Positions 10,499 through 24,625 of a stretch of 64,000 nt of DNA are shown here, piece after piece. How positions within the stretch are numbered: the first letter of the stretch is position 1; the number at the start of each line of letters is the position of its first letter. Origin of the DNA: Hyaloraphidium curvatum SAG 235-1. Its lineage: Eukaryota; Fungi; Monoblepharomycota. The DNA lies in the NCBI GenBank assembly GCA_025558095.1, contig JAIVFI010000010.1, positions 310,001 to 374,000 on the forward strand, written 5' to 3'. The notes beneath the pieces were generated by a model that was not told where the DNA came from, did no database searches, and saw only the letters and a program-made list of their open reading frames with translations. Made by a program: the position numbers and the translations under genes.

Positions 10499-10708
10499 GG
10501 CTAAGGCGGGCGCGGCACCGCGCGGATCTGCGTGACGCTTCTGCCCGGGCGCGCGGCACGGCCGGCGCTCCCTCGCTGCTCTCGAGAAGAGTTCGGTGGA
10601 AGGCCCGATTTTTCGGTATCAAGCCCTCCTCCTAGACGCGTTGACTTCCAAAAATCGCGGGGCAAACACGAATCATCGCTCGCACTTCCGGCCAATGGAA
10701 ACGCGTCG

Positions 10709-13700
10709 ATGAGCGGCGATTTCCCGTTCTTCGGCGCGGGCGGGGGCCCGTCGCCGTTCGACGCCCTCGGCGGCCCCCCTCCCCAACCCGCGCAGCGCCC
10801 GCCTCCCGGCCCGTCGGGCGACGCGGCGGCGCTGTTCGGCGACGGAGGCGCGTTTTTCGGGGGCCCTCCGCAGCCGGTGGGAGGCGCACAGAGGCCGCCC
10901 GTCGGAGGCGAGCTGCCCGCGAGCCTGTTTGGGGACCCCGCGAACGACCCCTTCGGGGCTGCGCTCGGCATCGGCGCCCCGCCGCAGCCCGTGCAGCCCG
11001 CGCACGCCGCGCAATCGGTGCAGCTGCAGCAACCACCGCATGCTGCAATTCCGCAGCAGGCGATCCCCGCGGCTGCCCCCGCTGCCGCCGCCCCGGCCCC
11101 GGCGCCCGACGTACTCGACTACAACACCGTGGCGGGCAAATGGGTCTGGGACGACTCGACCAACATGTTCTACGACGGCGTCATGGGCATCTACTTTTCG
11201 CTCGACGAGTCTGGTGCGGCATATTACGGATACACGTGGGACGAAGGTGCCATTCCGCGCTGCTGTCCTCGTGTCGGGTCACTCATCGACCAATCCACAC
11301 AGACACAAACAACTGGGCATTCGCTTCCGTCCTTGTGTACGCACCGCAGGATGGCGGGAATGTGGCCGCCGCGGAGCCGGCCCAGGGGACGGACGCCATC
11401 GACCTGTCTGCTTTCGCCCTCACCCAACGACCTCCCGCCGACCTGCCGCTGGCACTGGCACCGCAACGCGCGGCACCGCAGCCGTCGTTGGACTTGCAGG
11501 CGCTCGATGATGCCTTCTCCACGGGCGGCGGTGGCCCATCGTTGAGCTTCGATCCGATTTTGGACGCCTTTTCAACAGGGCCTGTTACGCCGCCTCCGGC
11601 CGCGATACCGGAGCCTGTTCCGCCCGCGCGGCAGGAGCCCGTGGTGCCGCCACCGGCGGTCCAGGAAGTGCCGCCGCCCGTGGCCCGCCAGGAGCTTCCA
11701 CCGGCCCCGGCACCGCCTCTGCCCATGGCGGAGCCTCCGGCAGCAAAGATCAAGCCTGCGGAACCACCTCGGCCTTCCATTGAGCCTCCGCGCGTCATCG
11801 AGCCGCCAACCGCAAGTCTCGACTCCGCTCCGCCGCCGGCTTCGATCGTCGCCTCCGTCGGCCCCACGTCTCTGCCGAGCGCTTCCCTTGGGCGCAACCC
11901 TTCGCGGGAACTGCACCCCCGTCGGCCCACCTCCAGCCTCCGCACGTCGCCCGGCACCTCCCCCTCCAAGCCCGCCGCGGGCGCCGGCACCGGCGAGCCC
12001 GACATCTTCGACCTAATCCTGCAGGGCCCCGCTGCAGCAGCGCCCGCGCCGGTGGTGCCGAGGGGCGGTTCGTACATCCGGTCTCTGGCGGAGAGGAGAC
12101 GCGGGGCGGCGGGCGACGCCAAGGGGAAAGAGAAGGAGAAGGAGAAGGAACCCCCGGCCCGGGAGAAGGAATCGCCCAAGAAGGAACCTGTCGCTTTGGA
12201 AAGGGAGCCGCCGTTGCCCGAGCCGCGGAAAGAGGAACCTGCTCCACCGCGGGCACCGCCTGCTCCGGAGCCGTGGGTTGCCGTGCTGCGTTGCCGTTTC
12301 GAGTTTTGTTGATCATGATTGACTCCCTCAGGTCCGCGCCTCCGCTGCCGCCGGACGGGTTTGGTGAGATTATGAAGGCTTCGGAGCCCCTGGATGCTCC
12401 GCCCATCTTCTCCATTCCGACCGAAACCACCGCGGCGTCGACCGACCTGGGACCTCCGCCGACGAGCGTCGGCTTCCAGCCGCAGCCCGTCGCCGACGAC
12501 GATCTGGACGAGCTCGTGCTCTCGCGGCCAAAGCCGCCGCAGGAGACCGCGCCCTTCGGGTTCGGCGACGACGAGTTCCCGCCCGCGCCGACTTTCGAAA
12601 TCGGAGAGGCTTTCGCGCCTGCACCCGATGTCTTTCCGATCAGCGCGTTCGAACAGCCCCGGGAGCCGTTCGCACCCGCAGCGAATCTTTCTCTCCCCTC
12701 TGCGCCCCCGGCCCAGATCCAAGCCGAGATTCCGGACATCCTCTCCCCCGAAAGGGAGCCCGGCCAGCACGCCCCGACCTTTGACGAGCTCCCCATCACC
12801 GAAACCACGCCCGAGTTTCCTCCGCCCGAGCTGCCTGCGGAGGAGCCCGCGTTCAGTGCCGCCGGGGGGGTGGACGATTACTCGGCGCCCGTTGAGGAAT
12901 GGTACGGGGAGGGATACGGCTCCCACCAGGCCGAGGGTGCGGGCGAGTACGCTGCCGATGCCGGTGGCGTGTATGGCGGCGGGGAATATGCCGGTGGAGA
13001 GTATGCCGGTGGAGAATACGCCGGCGGAGAGTACGCCGCTGGAGCGCACGCAGGCGGAGAATATGCCGGCGAGGGTTTGGGGTTGGAGGGCTATCCCCCG
13101 GCGGGAGCAGAGGGCTATTCCGGGTTCGGGGAAACCGCGGGTTACGATGCCGCTGCCTACGGTTCGGATGCTGCGTATGGATACCAGCAGGAAGCCGCGA
13201 CTTACGATGCGGGAGCCGGCTACACCGGGGACGGTTCCGGCGCGGAAGGATACGGCGCGGAAGGATACGGCACGGAAGGCTACGGTGAGGACGCGTACGG
13301 GTACGGCCAGGACGCCGCGGCGGATCCGGGAGCATACGCGGCGGACGTGTCGGAGTTTGAGGTGGCGCGACCGATGGCCGAAGCGTACCCGAGCGCGCCC
13401 CCTGAACCCACCGAGCACGTGGCACCGGCTGCCGATGAGAATTGGCAGGACAACTCGGACGCGATATCGACGGCCAGCAGTGCCCGCGATCGGCGCCACG
13501 TCTCCTGCCCCTCGTGCGGGAAGCGCAACGACCCGGAATCCAACTTTTGTTCCAAATGCGGTTCCAAACTTGCAGGACTGCCGGTGCATCAGCCTCAGGG
13601 TGCGGTCCCTACCGACGCCCCGCCGCTCTCGGGTTCTCCTGCGCCGCCGAGCATGCCGATCGGATCCCGCGGCGGTGCCAATCCCTACGCGAAGCAAGGC

Positions 13701-16700
13701 CTCAGCCCCGCCCGCAGCCGGACTTCGTCGCCCTCGTTCAACGCGCAGCCAACCGTCCGAGGCTCTCCTGTGCCTGCGGAAAGCGCCCCACACCACCACG
13801 CTCCCGCTCTTCAGCGCTACCGGACTTCGCCGGCCGTCGTGGAGGGCCGACCAGCGATCGGCAGGGTGCCGACGCTGCCGCCGGAGGACACCGGGATCCG
13901 CGACCCGTTGAACCGCACGCGGGGGCACTGTTTTGCCGTGTTTGGGTTCGGGGGGAAGCTGGTTTCAATGGTCCCGATCAAGCAGAGCAGATTCAATGCC
14001 GCCGTTGGTGCCGCTGTGGAGAAAGTGTACGCCGGGAACGTGGTCGTTCGCCCGCTCAAGGCGGCCAGGGTGCCGGCGCTGCAAGGCGAGATGGCGAAAG
14101 TCGTTCGCTTCGCGGGCCCCGTACTGGGGCCGAAGGCCAAACCCAACAAAAAGGACGCGCTCAAGCTCGCATCGACGGTTGTGCAAGAGCTCGAGGGTGA
14201 GATCGCGAAGCTGGCCGAGATCAAGCCGATTGCATTGCGGCCGGGGTCGGCGACCGACGGTGACCGGCACGCTGCCCGCGCCCTTCTCGAGGAGCGGCTA
14301 GCCCTGTGGAAGCTTGTCAGGGCGGCGATCGAGAACGACGGCTCTTTCTTCAGCACCCAGGGCGGCAAGCCGACCGCCGTTCCCGCCCCAGTCGTGCTCG
14401 CCGTGCTTTCCCAGCTCCGCGGCCAGCACGCTCCCCCGGATGGATTCTTTGGCCGCATCGAAGCCGCCCTGCAGGAAGGCAACAAGCAACTTGCTTGCAG
14501 CATCGCCCGGGAGAACGGGCAGTGGGCGCACGCACTCGTCCTTTCCAGCATCATCGACCGCGCGACCTATGCCGAAGTGTTGTCATCGTTCGCCCGGACG
14601 CAGTTTGACGCCAAAGCGGACGCCGACGGAACCAAGTATGTCCCGCCTGGGAACGCTCCGGCGCTTCGGGTTCTGTATAACCTGATCGCTGGCATCACGG
14701 GGGAGGACGCCGGTGAGTTCATCGCCTGCCTTTGCTGCCAATCTCTCCTGAACCCGACCTGCCCCAGTCATCGACTTCCTACCGCCCGAAGCCAGCCAGG
14801 CTCCGTCGACCGAGGAAATCAACGTGTGGCGGTCCATTCTTTCCATCGTTCTGGCCAATAGGACGCCGGCGGATTCGGCCGCGATCACGGGCTTGGGTGA
14901 CCTGCTCCGAGGACATTCCCGCCTGCACGCTGCCCAGATATGGCAAGTTTCGCACTCTAGCGCCCCGGTTCACAATCCGTGACCAATTTGCCGTCCCCGC
15001 AGCTACCTGCTCTCCCCCGCCTCCAGCATTGTCGGCGGCCTTGACGCTCCCAATGCTCGTGTCGTTCTCCTGGACACCGACCACGTCGGAAAGCTCGGGT
15101 CTCGGCGTCCGCGCTTCTACCAGTCTACGGATGGTGTCCATCTCATGGAATTGCTGGAGCTGGCACAGATCCTGCATGCCGGCTCCAACGTCGCCGCCGG
15201 ATGCTTGCCGCACCTCCAGGCCTACAAGCTTGTGCACGCATACCGCCTGGCCGAGCTCGGGTTCACGGATGTTGCATCCAAGTACTGCGAGAGCATCGAG
15301 GACATCGTCAACATCTACGCCAAGGGCAGCCCGTACTTCAACCGCAGGTTCCTGGAGGCCCTCAAGGAGCTCGATGCCCGTCTGTCTGTGGCGAGCACCT
15401 CGGCGCCCGGTGCTTCGGACTCGAAGGACGGCGGGTGGTTGAAGAACATGACCAAGTTCGACGGGTGGATGTCTGCCTTGGACAAGGGCCTGAACAAGTT
15501 CATGAACGGCGCTGTAGGCGTGGACACGGCAGAAGCGCCGGCGGCAATCACAGCCCCGCCGCTCGCCCCCGTTCACGAAGAGATGCCGCCGCCGCCGCTG
15601 TCGGACCCTGCTTCTGTTCCTACGTTCGTGCCTTTTGCTATGCCGCCGGTGTCGCAGGGCAACGGCACGGCAGCAAGCGCGGACGCCTTCCCTGCGCAGA
15701 CCATGACAGGGGAGGAGCTTTCGTATTACCAGCCGGAGTATAGCGGCGGGGGCGGGAACTATGGCTACGGCACCGGCTACGCCGCGCACGATGGGTACGG
15801 CGGCCAGTACGCCGAAGGGGAGGGCCAGTGGCAGCCGGAGGCACACGGGGAAGGCGCTGAAGAGTACGCCGATTACTACGATCAGGGGACCGAAAGCTAC
15901 GTCGGCGGCGATGGCGAAGCAACGTATGATGAAGCAGGGAACCCGTACGGCGAGCAGGCGGGGTACGGCGAGCAGGCTGGGTACGGCGGGCAGGCCGGGT
16001 ACGGCGAGCAATCCGGATACAGCGAGCAGGCTGGATACGGTGAGCAGGCGGAGTATGGGGAGCAGGCGGGATACGGCGAGCAGGCGGGATACGGCGAGCA
16101 GGCGGACCAGTTCGCGGACCAGTACGCCGATCAACAGTCGTCGTGGGATCAGGGTGCATATGGGACCGATCCAGGCCAGCAGTTCGGTTCAGCCCCGGAC
16201 GACGCCGTTCCGACCTTCGAAGACCTGCAGCAACAGTCTGGCTTGCAGGCCTCCTACGGAGATGCAGATACGTCTGCCGTGCCCGAGGCTCCGGGATCGC
16301 AGGACGACTTCGGTTGGGATGACCTTCCTCCCGTGCCCATGACGAATCCCGTACCCACGTCGTCGGCGGGTCGCGCCGGCGGTGGTGCACCTATCCCGGC
16401 TCAGGCATCTGCTCCCGCTTTCGGTGTACCACCGCCCGCTCCTTTCTCCCCTCCTGTCTCTACGCAACCGCCGGCTTGGGGAGCGACCCCTCAACAGCAA
16501 CCCCCTTCTTCGTCGCCTAGGGCACACGAGGATTTGGACGATGATCTGGGCTTTGGCAACAAATCGTTGAAACCCGAAAAGCCAGCGGATGACGCGACAG
16601 AGAAGGAGGACTCGAAGGCAAAGGGTTGGTTTGCTCTGCAATTGCAAGGGTCTTCCTGTGCTCACTGGTTTCTATTCGGTAGCAGCGGCGGAAGCGCCAA

Positions 16701-17305
16701 AGTCGGGTTGGCTTTCGGGAATCACTGGCTTGTTCAAGCGCCCGCAAGGAGGACCTGTCAAGGCGGATCTGGGGGAGGAGAACACTTTCTATTACGACAA
16801 GGATTTGGGACGATGGGTCAACAAAAAGGCAGGGGCGGATGCTGCGGCGGCGCCCAAGGAGCTGCCGCCGCCGCCGATGGGACGGCCGGCGGCGGGTGTG
16901 TCGGCGCCACCACCTGGATCTGGGACGGCGCCTGGAACTCCCCCCATGGGACCTCCAGCAGGCGGGCTCGGTAATCCTGCGGCCGCAGGTGCCTCGGCTC
17001 TCATTCCCGGGGCAGGGCCGACGCCGTTTGCCGCGGGGAGCGCGGGAACGAGCAAGCGGCGCGGAGCTGCGAACCGTTACGTCGACGTGCTCGGATCGGG
17101 GGCCGGTGGTGGGTCTGTGCCAGCCAGCCGTCCGACGGCCGCCAGTTTCTTGCCTACCCCCGGTTTGGTGCCTGCGGGCCAGCCGCCTACCGTGTTTAAG
17201 CCGATGGTTCCCAGTGGCGGAGAGGGCACCGGATCGGACTACTGGAACTCTTTCGGACAAGGAGGCGCGGGTGAATCTGACCAACAAGCTGATGCTGGAT
17301 CGTAG
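10709..17305 (+). CDS. SEC16: COPII coat assembly protein Sec16 (multi-exon, long disordered regions)
   Basis: CFAVFGFGGKLV, WAHALVLSS, LPHLQAYKLVHAYRLAELG...ASKYCESI, KADLGEENTFYYDKDLGRWVNKK and RYVDVL motifs; several GT-AG introns. Confidence 0.88.
12978..13067 (+). repeat. 15-bp coding tandem repeat (GGEYA)n in SEC16
   Basis: GGEYA x4, AGAHA, GGEYA; YGAEG-type repeats follow near 13240-13290. Confidence 0.85.
15943..16104 (+). repeat. 18-bp coding tandem repeat (GYGEQA) x9 in SEC16
   Basis: Nine units resembling gggtacggcgagcaggcg. Confidence 0.9.
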
Positions 17306-17405
17306 TTACTGTCTTGTATTGCCGGTGTAGATGAACAGCGGTCTTGCAGATCATTGCTTGATCGTCTTTCACGCACAGCCTGGCGAATGAGCGAATGCCT
17401 AGAAA

Positions 17406-18764
17406 ATGACCGGCATCCAAAGGCTCGGCGCGGCCTCTGGATGCGCGACACGGTGTCGGAATATCTTCGATGCAGTTGGAACTGTGCTCCCCCGCCCATC
17501 GCTGGCGAGGAAACGCGCTCGAGCGGTCCGGGCTGCTTCCGCTCCGGCCGTTCTGCAGATTCGGCTTCACGCCGGACACTCCCATGGACACGATGGGCAC
17601 CACCACCACCACCATCCGAAGCAGGATAGACTGACCGTTGGGCCGAAGGCCGCGGAATCTGCCCGAGAAGCTCCCGCCTCCTCCCCGGACGCGACATCGC
17701 GGCCGACAGCCCCCGCTGCCTCTGCGGCGATCGCCGAGAGTCCGGACCTGACGGCCGCCGGAGCCTTCAAGTATGCGGCTGATTTGGTCAGGTTCGTCGG
17801 ACCTTTGCCCGTCGTGCCGTCCAGAAACCAACTCGGGGCCTCAGGCGTGCAGACTACGACCACTACTTAATCTCTCTTTTCCAACCGTCTCCTTCGGCGC
17901 GTAATACCTACGTGACGCTGCGTGCTTTCAACGTGGAGCTTGCGCAGGTCAGGGACATTGTGTCCAACCCCCTGATCGGTAGGATGAGGATGCAGTTCTG
18001 GAGGGACACAATCGAGGAGTGCTTCCAGGGGAGGCCGAGAAAGACGCCCGTCGCCGTCGCCCTCGGCGAGGTCCTGAAGACGACGCAGCTCTCGAAGCTC
18101 TGGTTCACCAGGATCATAAACGAGCGGGACGCCAACTTGGACGTGGAGCAGTACATTTCGGTCAAGGACATGGAAAAGTACTGCGAGAACACGTCTTCCG
18201 CCCTGTTGTACCTCCATCTGGACTCGCTGGGCGTCAAGAACAGCCTCGCAGACCACGCGGCGAGCCACCTTGGCAAAGCTTCCGGCATCGCCACCCTGCT
18301 CAAAGGAACCCCGTATCAGGCCAAGGAGCGCCGCGTCTACCTGCCAGGGGAGATCCTTTCGAAGGTGGGGGCCTCGGTGCCCGTCCGGCTCTGTCCAGTC
18401 TGACGATAGGTTGCGCAGCATGGCGTTTCGCAGGAGGACCTGTACCGCTCGGGGCCGGATGCCAAGGGCCTAGCGGACTCGGTCTTTGACATTGCCACCA
18501 TCGCCAACAACCATGCTCAGACCGCGCGAAAGCTGATGGAGACCCCGGAGTTCCCCAAGCGCGCCATCCCTGCCCTCCTCAGCCTGGTTGGTTGTTGTCC
18601 TTTGGCCGAAAGCGGTCGCTGATGATCGGACGCAGATCCCGACGGAGAACTTCCTCGCAACGTTGGAGCTGGCGAACTTTAACATATTTGACTCTCGTGT
18701 ACACCAGCGGCGTTGGAATTGGCCGGCGCAGCTGTGGTGGAGGGCGAGGAGCCTGTTCAAATGA
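17406..18764 (+). CDS. NDUFAF6: Complex I assembly factor NDUFAF6 (squalene/phytoene synthase-like fold)
   Basis: Presequence, then spliced DYDHYLISLF, LRAFNVELA...GRMRMQFWRD, YCENTSSALLY, DHAASHLGKA, HGVSQEDLY; ends WWRARSLFK*. Confidence 0.88.
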
Positions 18765-18856
18765 TTGACGAAGCGCGGCGGGAACAACACTTCACCGAAA
18801 TTCGTCCGGCGCCCTGTCCCACGCGCGGCGCGGAAGCCGACGCCCCAGCATCCAAC

Positions 18857-21800
18857 ATGAGCTTTGAAGACCTATCTGCGGATTTCGGGGACCTTGACGC
18901 CCCCGGGTCCGACGCGGACCGGCGCCCGAGGTCCTCAACACCGGACTCGCTGTCCCGCCAGTTCTCCACGCGTCGGGACGACACGTCTCCGCGCGCCGTC
19001 CTTGGGGCGGCGGGCAACATACCTGAGCGGCGCGGTGGCTCCGGAGGTATGCGGAGAGCGGGCGACACGTACACGCAATTGGCGGCGCAGACCCCGACGG
19101 TCTCGCGCAGCCGCAAGTCGTCGCTCGACGACGGCTACGACCAGCAGGACCTGGCGGACTACGGCGGCTCCCCGACGGGCTCCGTCGTGATCAATACCAT
19201 GTCGGACGCGGCAAGCCCGTTCGCCAACTTCCGGGATCAGCCTGGGCACACCCTTCCGTGGCGGAAATCGGGTGCCATGCGCGACATCTTCAACGCGTCG
19301 GCCGAAACGAGTCCTGAGGGCCAAGGCCGGCGGGGCCTTGAGAACGAGGGCCAGGGTGGTCTCGCTCGGCACTTGGCGGCCGGCGGGGCCGCACGCATGC
19401 GAATGCTCCAAAGCTCCGGGGCCCACCTCGAGGAGAACAAATCGCCGAGGCATTTCAAGCCTCCTCTTTACGAGCCGCGCTCCCGCACGGCTTCGACGTC
19501 GCTCGCGCCTCCGGCAAGCGATCTCGCTAAGCCCAGGACGGGCCGCCAACGCGTCGTCTACCCCGGAGGTCATCGCAAGGGCGAGAAGCAGGTCTCCGAG
19601 GAAGAGGATCGGCGTCCATCTTCCGCGGGCGAGAAGCTGTATGCAGCTCAGCAGACGGCTTCCCCGCAGAAGCCGTCCACGGCAGCGTCACAGTTCGATA
19701 CCCTGACACGAGCCAAGCTGGACGCCCTGGTCAATGAGCTCGACTCCATACATCAGAACCGCGAGGAATTTGGAAAGGTCATGCGGGGGCAATCAAGTGC
19801 CAGTGCTTCGAGAGGTGAGCAGCACTGAGTTCATGGCCGAAGCTCCACTTACAGTGGCCCAGATCCCAGTCCGCGGCGCAACTTCTCCGAGCATTCGACA
19901 TCGTCCTCGGCATATCCTTCGGACATTGACTTTGTGGACGATGAAGGAAACCGCCCGCGGCGTCGGATGTCTTCCGGCAACGCGTCCCCGTTACGGGGAA
20001 GCGCTGTGCACGGCACATCGGAGTCGCCACCCAGGGCGAGCGACGAGAGCCCTCCGGGGCCGCGTGTCCCCACCGGCCGGAGCGTCATGACGAGCTCGAC
20101 GACCAAGTCGGGGTCGTCAAGCAAATCACAGGCCAGCTCCACCGCCAAAGCCTCCAAGAAAGGCTTCATATCAGGTGAGGCGGTCTTGCCACCGCTCTCA
20201 ATACTGTTCACGAAATGTATCACAACAGCGGAGGAGTATCGCACTCAACGGAACCATATGGATGCGCCGCCCATCTCCGAGGAGGACGAGGACGACCACT
20301 TTGACGACTTTGGCCCGCCCCTGAACCTGGATCAGGAGCACCTTGCCGCGGACAGCGATCGTCGGCAGTGGTCTGCTGAAGGGTCTTTGCCACGTTCTGC
20401 TTCTCCTTGGGACCGTTCCGGTCGGGATCAGTGGTCCATCGGCAACCATGCGTACTCTCCCGTGCTGCAGTTGCATGACCGGGTCCCGGTGGGCGAATCG
20501 GCGAACACTTCCCGTGCCAACAACACCACCCAGGAGAACCTGAACCTCATCCTGGAAACGCTCAGTAAGTCGTTTACTGGCACAAGAGCGATTCACGCTT
20601 AGATTTGCGTCTTCAGACAACCGGCTGGAAGCAAAGTTGGACCGCATCGCCGCCATGGTTTCGTCTCCGGTAAAGCACCTCCAGGGTGCGTCGCCGGAGC
20701 CTATTGCCGAGGCATCGCGCAGGGAATCAGAGGCAGCACTCAAGGACCGCTCTTCGGAAGCTTTGGCGGAACTGCGACACGATTCGGACATGAGCCCGCC
20801 TCGACCTCGGCTGTCCGCCGAAGCATCCTCCTTGAGTGCCAGCGGTGGCCTCGGGCCGAGACCTGCACCGGCTTCCGACGCGCTTCTGAAGGCGCTGGGC
20901 GGAAGCTCCGACGAGCTGCGCGAGGCGTCGGAGGTCGACCTGGGCGCTTCACGGCTGGAATCTCTCTACGGGCTCTCTAGCCAGTGCCCGAAACTGCGCA
21001 AACTGGTGGCAGGCGACAATCAGCTCACCTTCCTGACTGGCGTTCCGGATTCCGTCACTCATTTGGTTTTGAGCCGAAATAGGTGCGTTTGCGTCTCGGT
21101 TTGAAGAGTGCATCTAACAGCGGCATGCGTGCTTTTGGTAGGCTTTCGAACTTGACGAGCTTCCGCCATCTTCGGGATCTAAAGGTCTTGGACGTGTCGC
21201 ACAACCAGCTGCAGGACCTCAGTGGCATTTCCGGCTTGATGCACCTCGCGGAATTGCGTGCCGATCACAATCAGATCTGCACGCTCTCGGGCGTCCTTGG
21301 CCTGGAGAGTTTGGTTCGGTGCAGCTTGCGGAGTAACGAGATCTCGGAGATCACTGCGTCGGAAGCGAGCAGGTTTCCTGCTCTGGAGTTCCTGGACGTC
21401 AGCTTCAACCGCCTTTCTCGCCTCTCCGGGATTGATGGCTTCTCCCAGTTGCAAACGCTCGTTGCGGGTGAGGTCGCTTCGTGATTCGGTGGACTGCTGC
21501 TGAAAGGTAGCATTGCAGATCACAACGCGGTCGCTACCTTTGTTCCTCGTGCACCTATGACCTCATTGGTATCGCTGTCTCTGGTCCACAACGAGCTGCA
21601 GGATCTGGACGCGAGCCGCATTCCCGGAGTTCGCGCACTTAAGCTTGACGGCAACCGCGTATCCCGGATCGACGGTGCAGACTTCCTCGCATCGCTGGAG
21701 GTACTCAGTATCAACGATCAGAACGGTGCGGATGTCATGAGCATCGACTTTGAGCGGATGGCCGCGCTTCGCCACCTCCAAATCTCTGGTACGCACCGAG

Positions 21801-22948
21801 TGGAGCTGCGGTCGTTGATTCTGATCCAACCTGCTCCCTCTGCAGAGAACGTCCTTACGAGTCTCGACTGCTTGGGGGAGTGCTCATCGCTCGAGGTCCT
21901 GGACGCCGGCTCGTGCAGTCTGCGTGGGGAGCTTCCCAAAGCTCTCGCCAAGAACGTGCCCAACCTCCGGCTCCTCAATCTCTGCCACAACAAGCTCACG
22001 GACATCTCGAACGTCAAGTACTTGCATCGGCTGCGGCGACTGATTCTGTTCGACAACCATTTGGCCGAGTTCGGCCCCGTCATTCGCGCACTCAAAGCAT
22101 GTACGAGGCTCGAGGTCCTCGATCTTCGGTGAGCCTTTGCGTGGTCCGTGCTATGGCGACTTGTTGAGGCGTTCTTCAGGGACAATCCCATCACGCAGCT
22201 GTACTACGCACAAATGCCCGTGCAGCTTTCGTCTTCAATAGGAGTCGACTCGCAGGTCACGGCCGACTACACCAAGGAAGAGGAAAAGTGGATGCGCTTG
22301 GACGACCAGTACAAGCAGGCGCTGCAGGACTCGGACTTTGTTCGTCGGCTGTGCTATCGTGCAAGCCTGATTGATCTGCTCGCCTCTTCCATACGCATCC
22401 TTGACGGCATTCCAGTCACTGAGCGCGAGAAGGCCGACGCTCGCGAGCGCGTGGCCAAGCTTAGGGCAAAAGCGGCCTCGAAGCGCACCCAATCGCAAGG
22501 CCGTGTTCAACAGACCCCTCGCAACGGCGGCGCCTCGGGTCAGGCCGCTGCAACACCGGCAACCCTTTCCGCCCTCGACAACTTATGGACCCCCGGACTT
22601 GTGACCCCCGGAACCCAAAGAGAACTTGATGGGCGTGGACTAGGAAGGAATTCGGCCGCCGCGGCTTCCGATCGCTCCGGTGGGGCGTTGCCGCAGCCCA
22701 ACTTTGGCCGATCGGCCCGGGCGCCTCCGCCCGAGGTTGTCATTACGGACGAGGACGCTCGAGGCCCTGATTTCTGGTCGGAATCGAAGCACCGGACAAC
22801 GGAAGCGCGGGATGGCGACCTGCCCGAGCTGCCCCGGAAACGGGACTCTGCCCCAGACGCCGGGGGCCTGGACTTCGACGAATCGATGTCAGTGAGTAAT
22901 TGGAAACCTGTCAGCTATCCGCTGGACTCTAGCATTGGAAGCATGTAA
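18857..22948 (+). CDS. LRR scaffold protein, Nud1/Cdc11 (septation/mitotic-exit network)-like; multi-exon, 3' end uncertain
   Basis: Long disordered N-terminus; SDS22-like LRRs (LKVLDVSHNQL, LAELRADHNQI, LRLLNLCHNKL); LRR cap DLR-DNPIT...RRLCYRASL...IRILDG. Confidence 0.7.
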
Positions 22949-24306
<1,358 letters not shown>

Positions 24307-24355
24307 CGAACTAGATTCCTATTTGCCATGTCCCTAGCGGTGGTACAACAATCGA

Positions 24356-24421
24356 TCAAGTCAAACCGAACCACGATTTGGATGACTCAAAGACCAACCG
24401 GGTGATCGCTGCAGACGGCAA
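24356..24421 (-). pseudogene. Synonymously diverged duplicate of the last 21 codons plus stop of the carrier gene
   Basis: Encodes LPSAAITRLVFESSKSWFGLT*, the same peptide as 24626-24691, with 16 of 66 nt different. Confidence 0.8.
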
Positions 24422-24625
24422 TATAGAGGATGAACCGGGCCCGTTCGTCGTGAGGAACAGGAAGCGAGCCGGAATGCAAAAGTTGCTCGACAAACTGGAC
24501 GAACTGGAGGATTGACGGTGAGTGCATCGCTTAGAAACCTATTTGGAGGACTAATTTCATTGCAGACATCGTGTCCATCCGATCAGTTGTAACGCAGACA
24601 CGAATGTAGAGCATTGCCTTCACGC

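Noticed and set aside
15943-16104. Short tandem repeats as a CRISPR array
   Set aside because: In-frame 18-bp coding repeats with no unique spacers and no cas genes.
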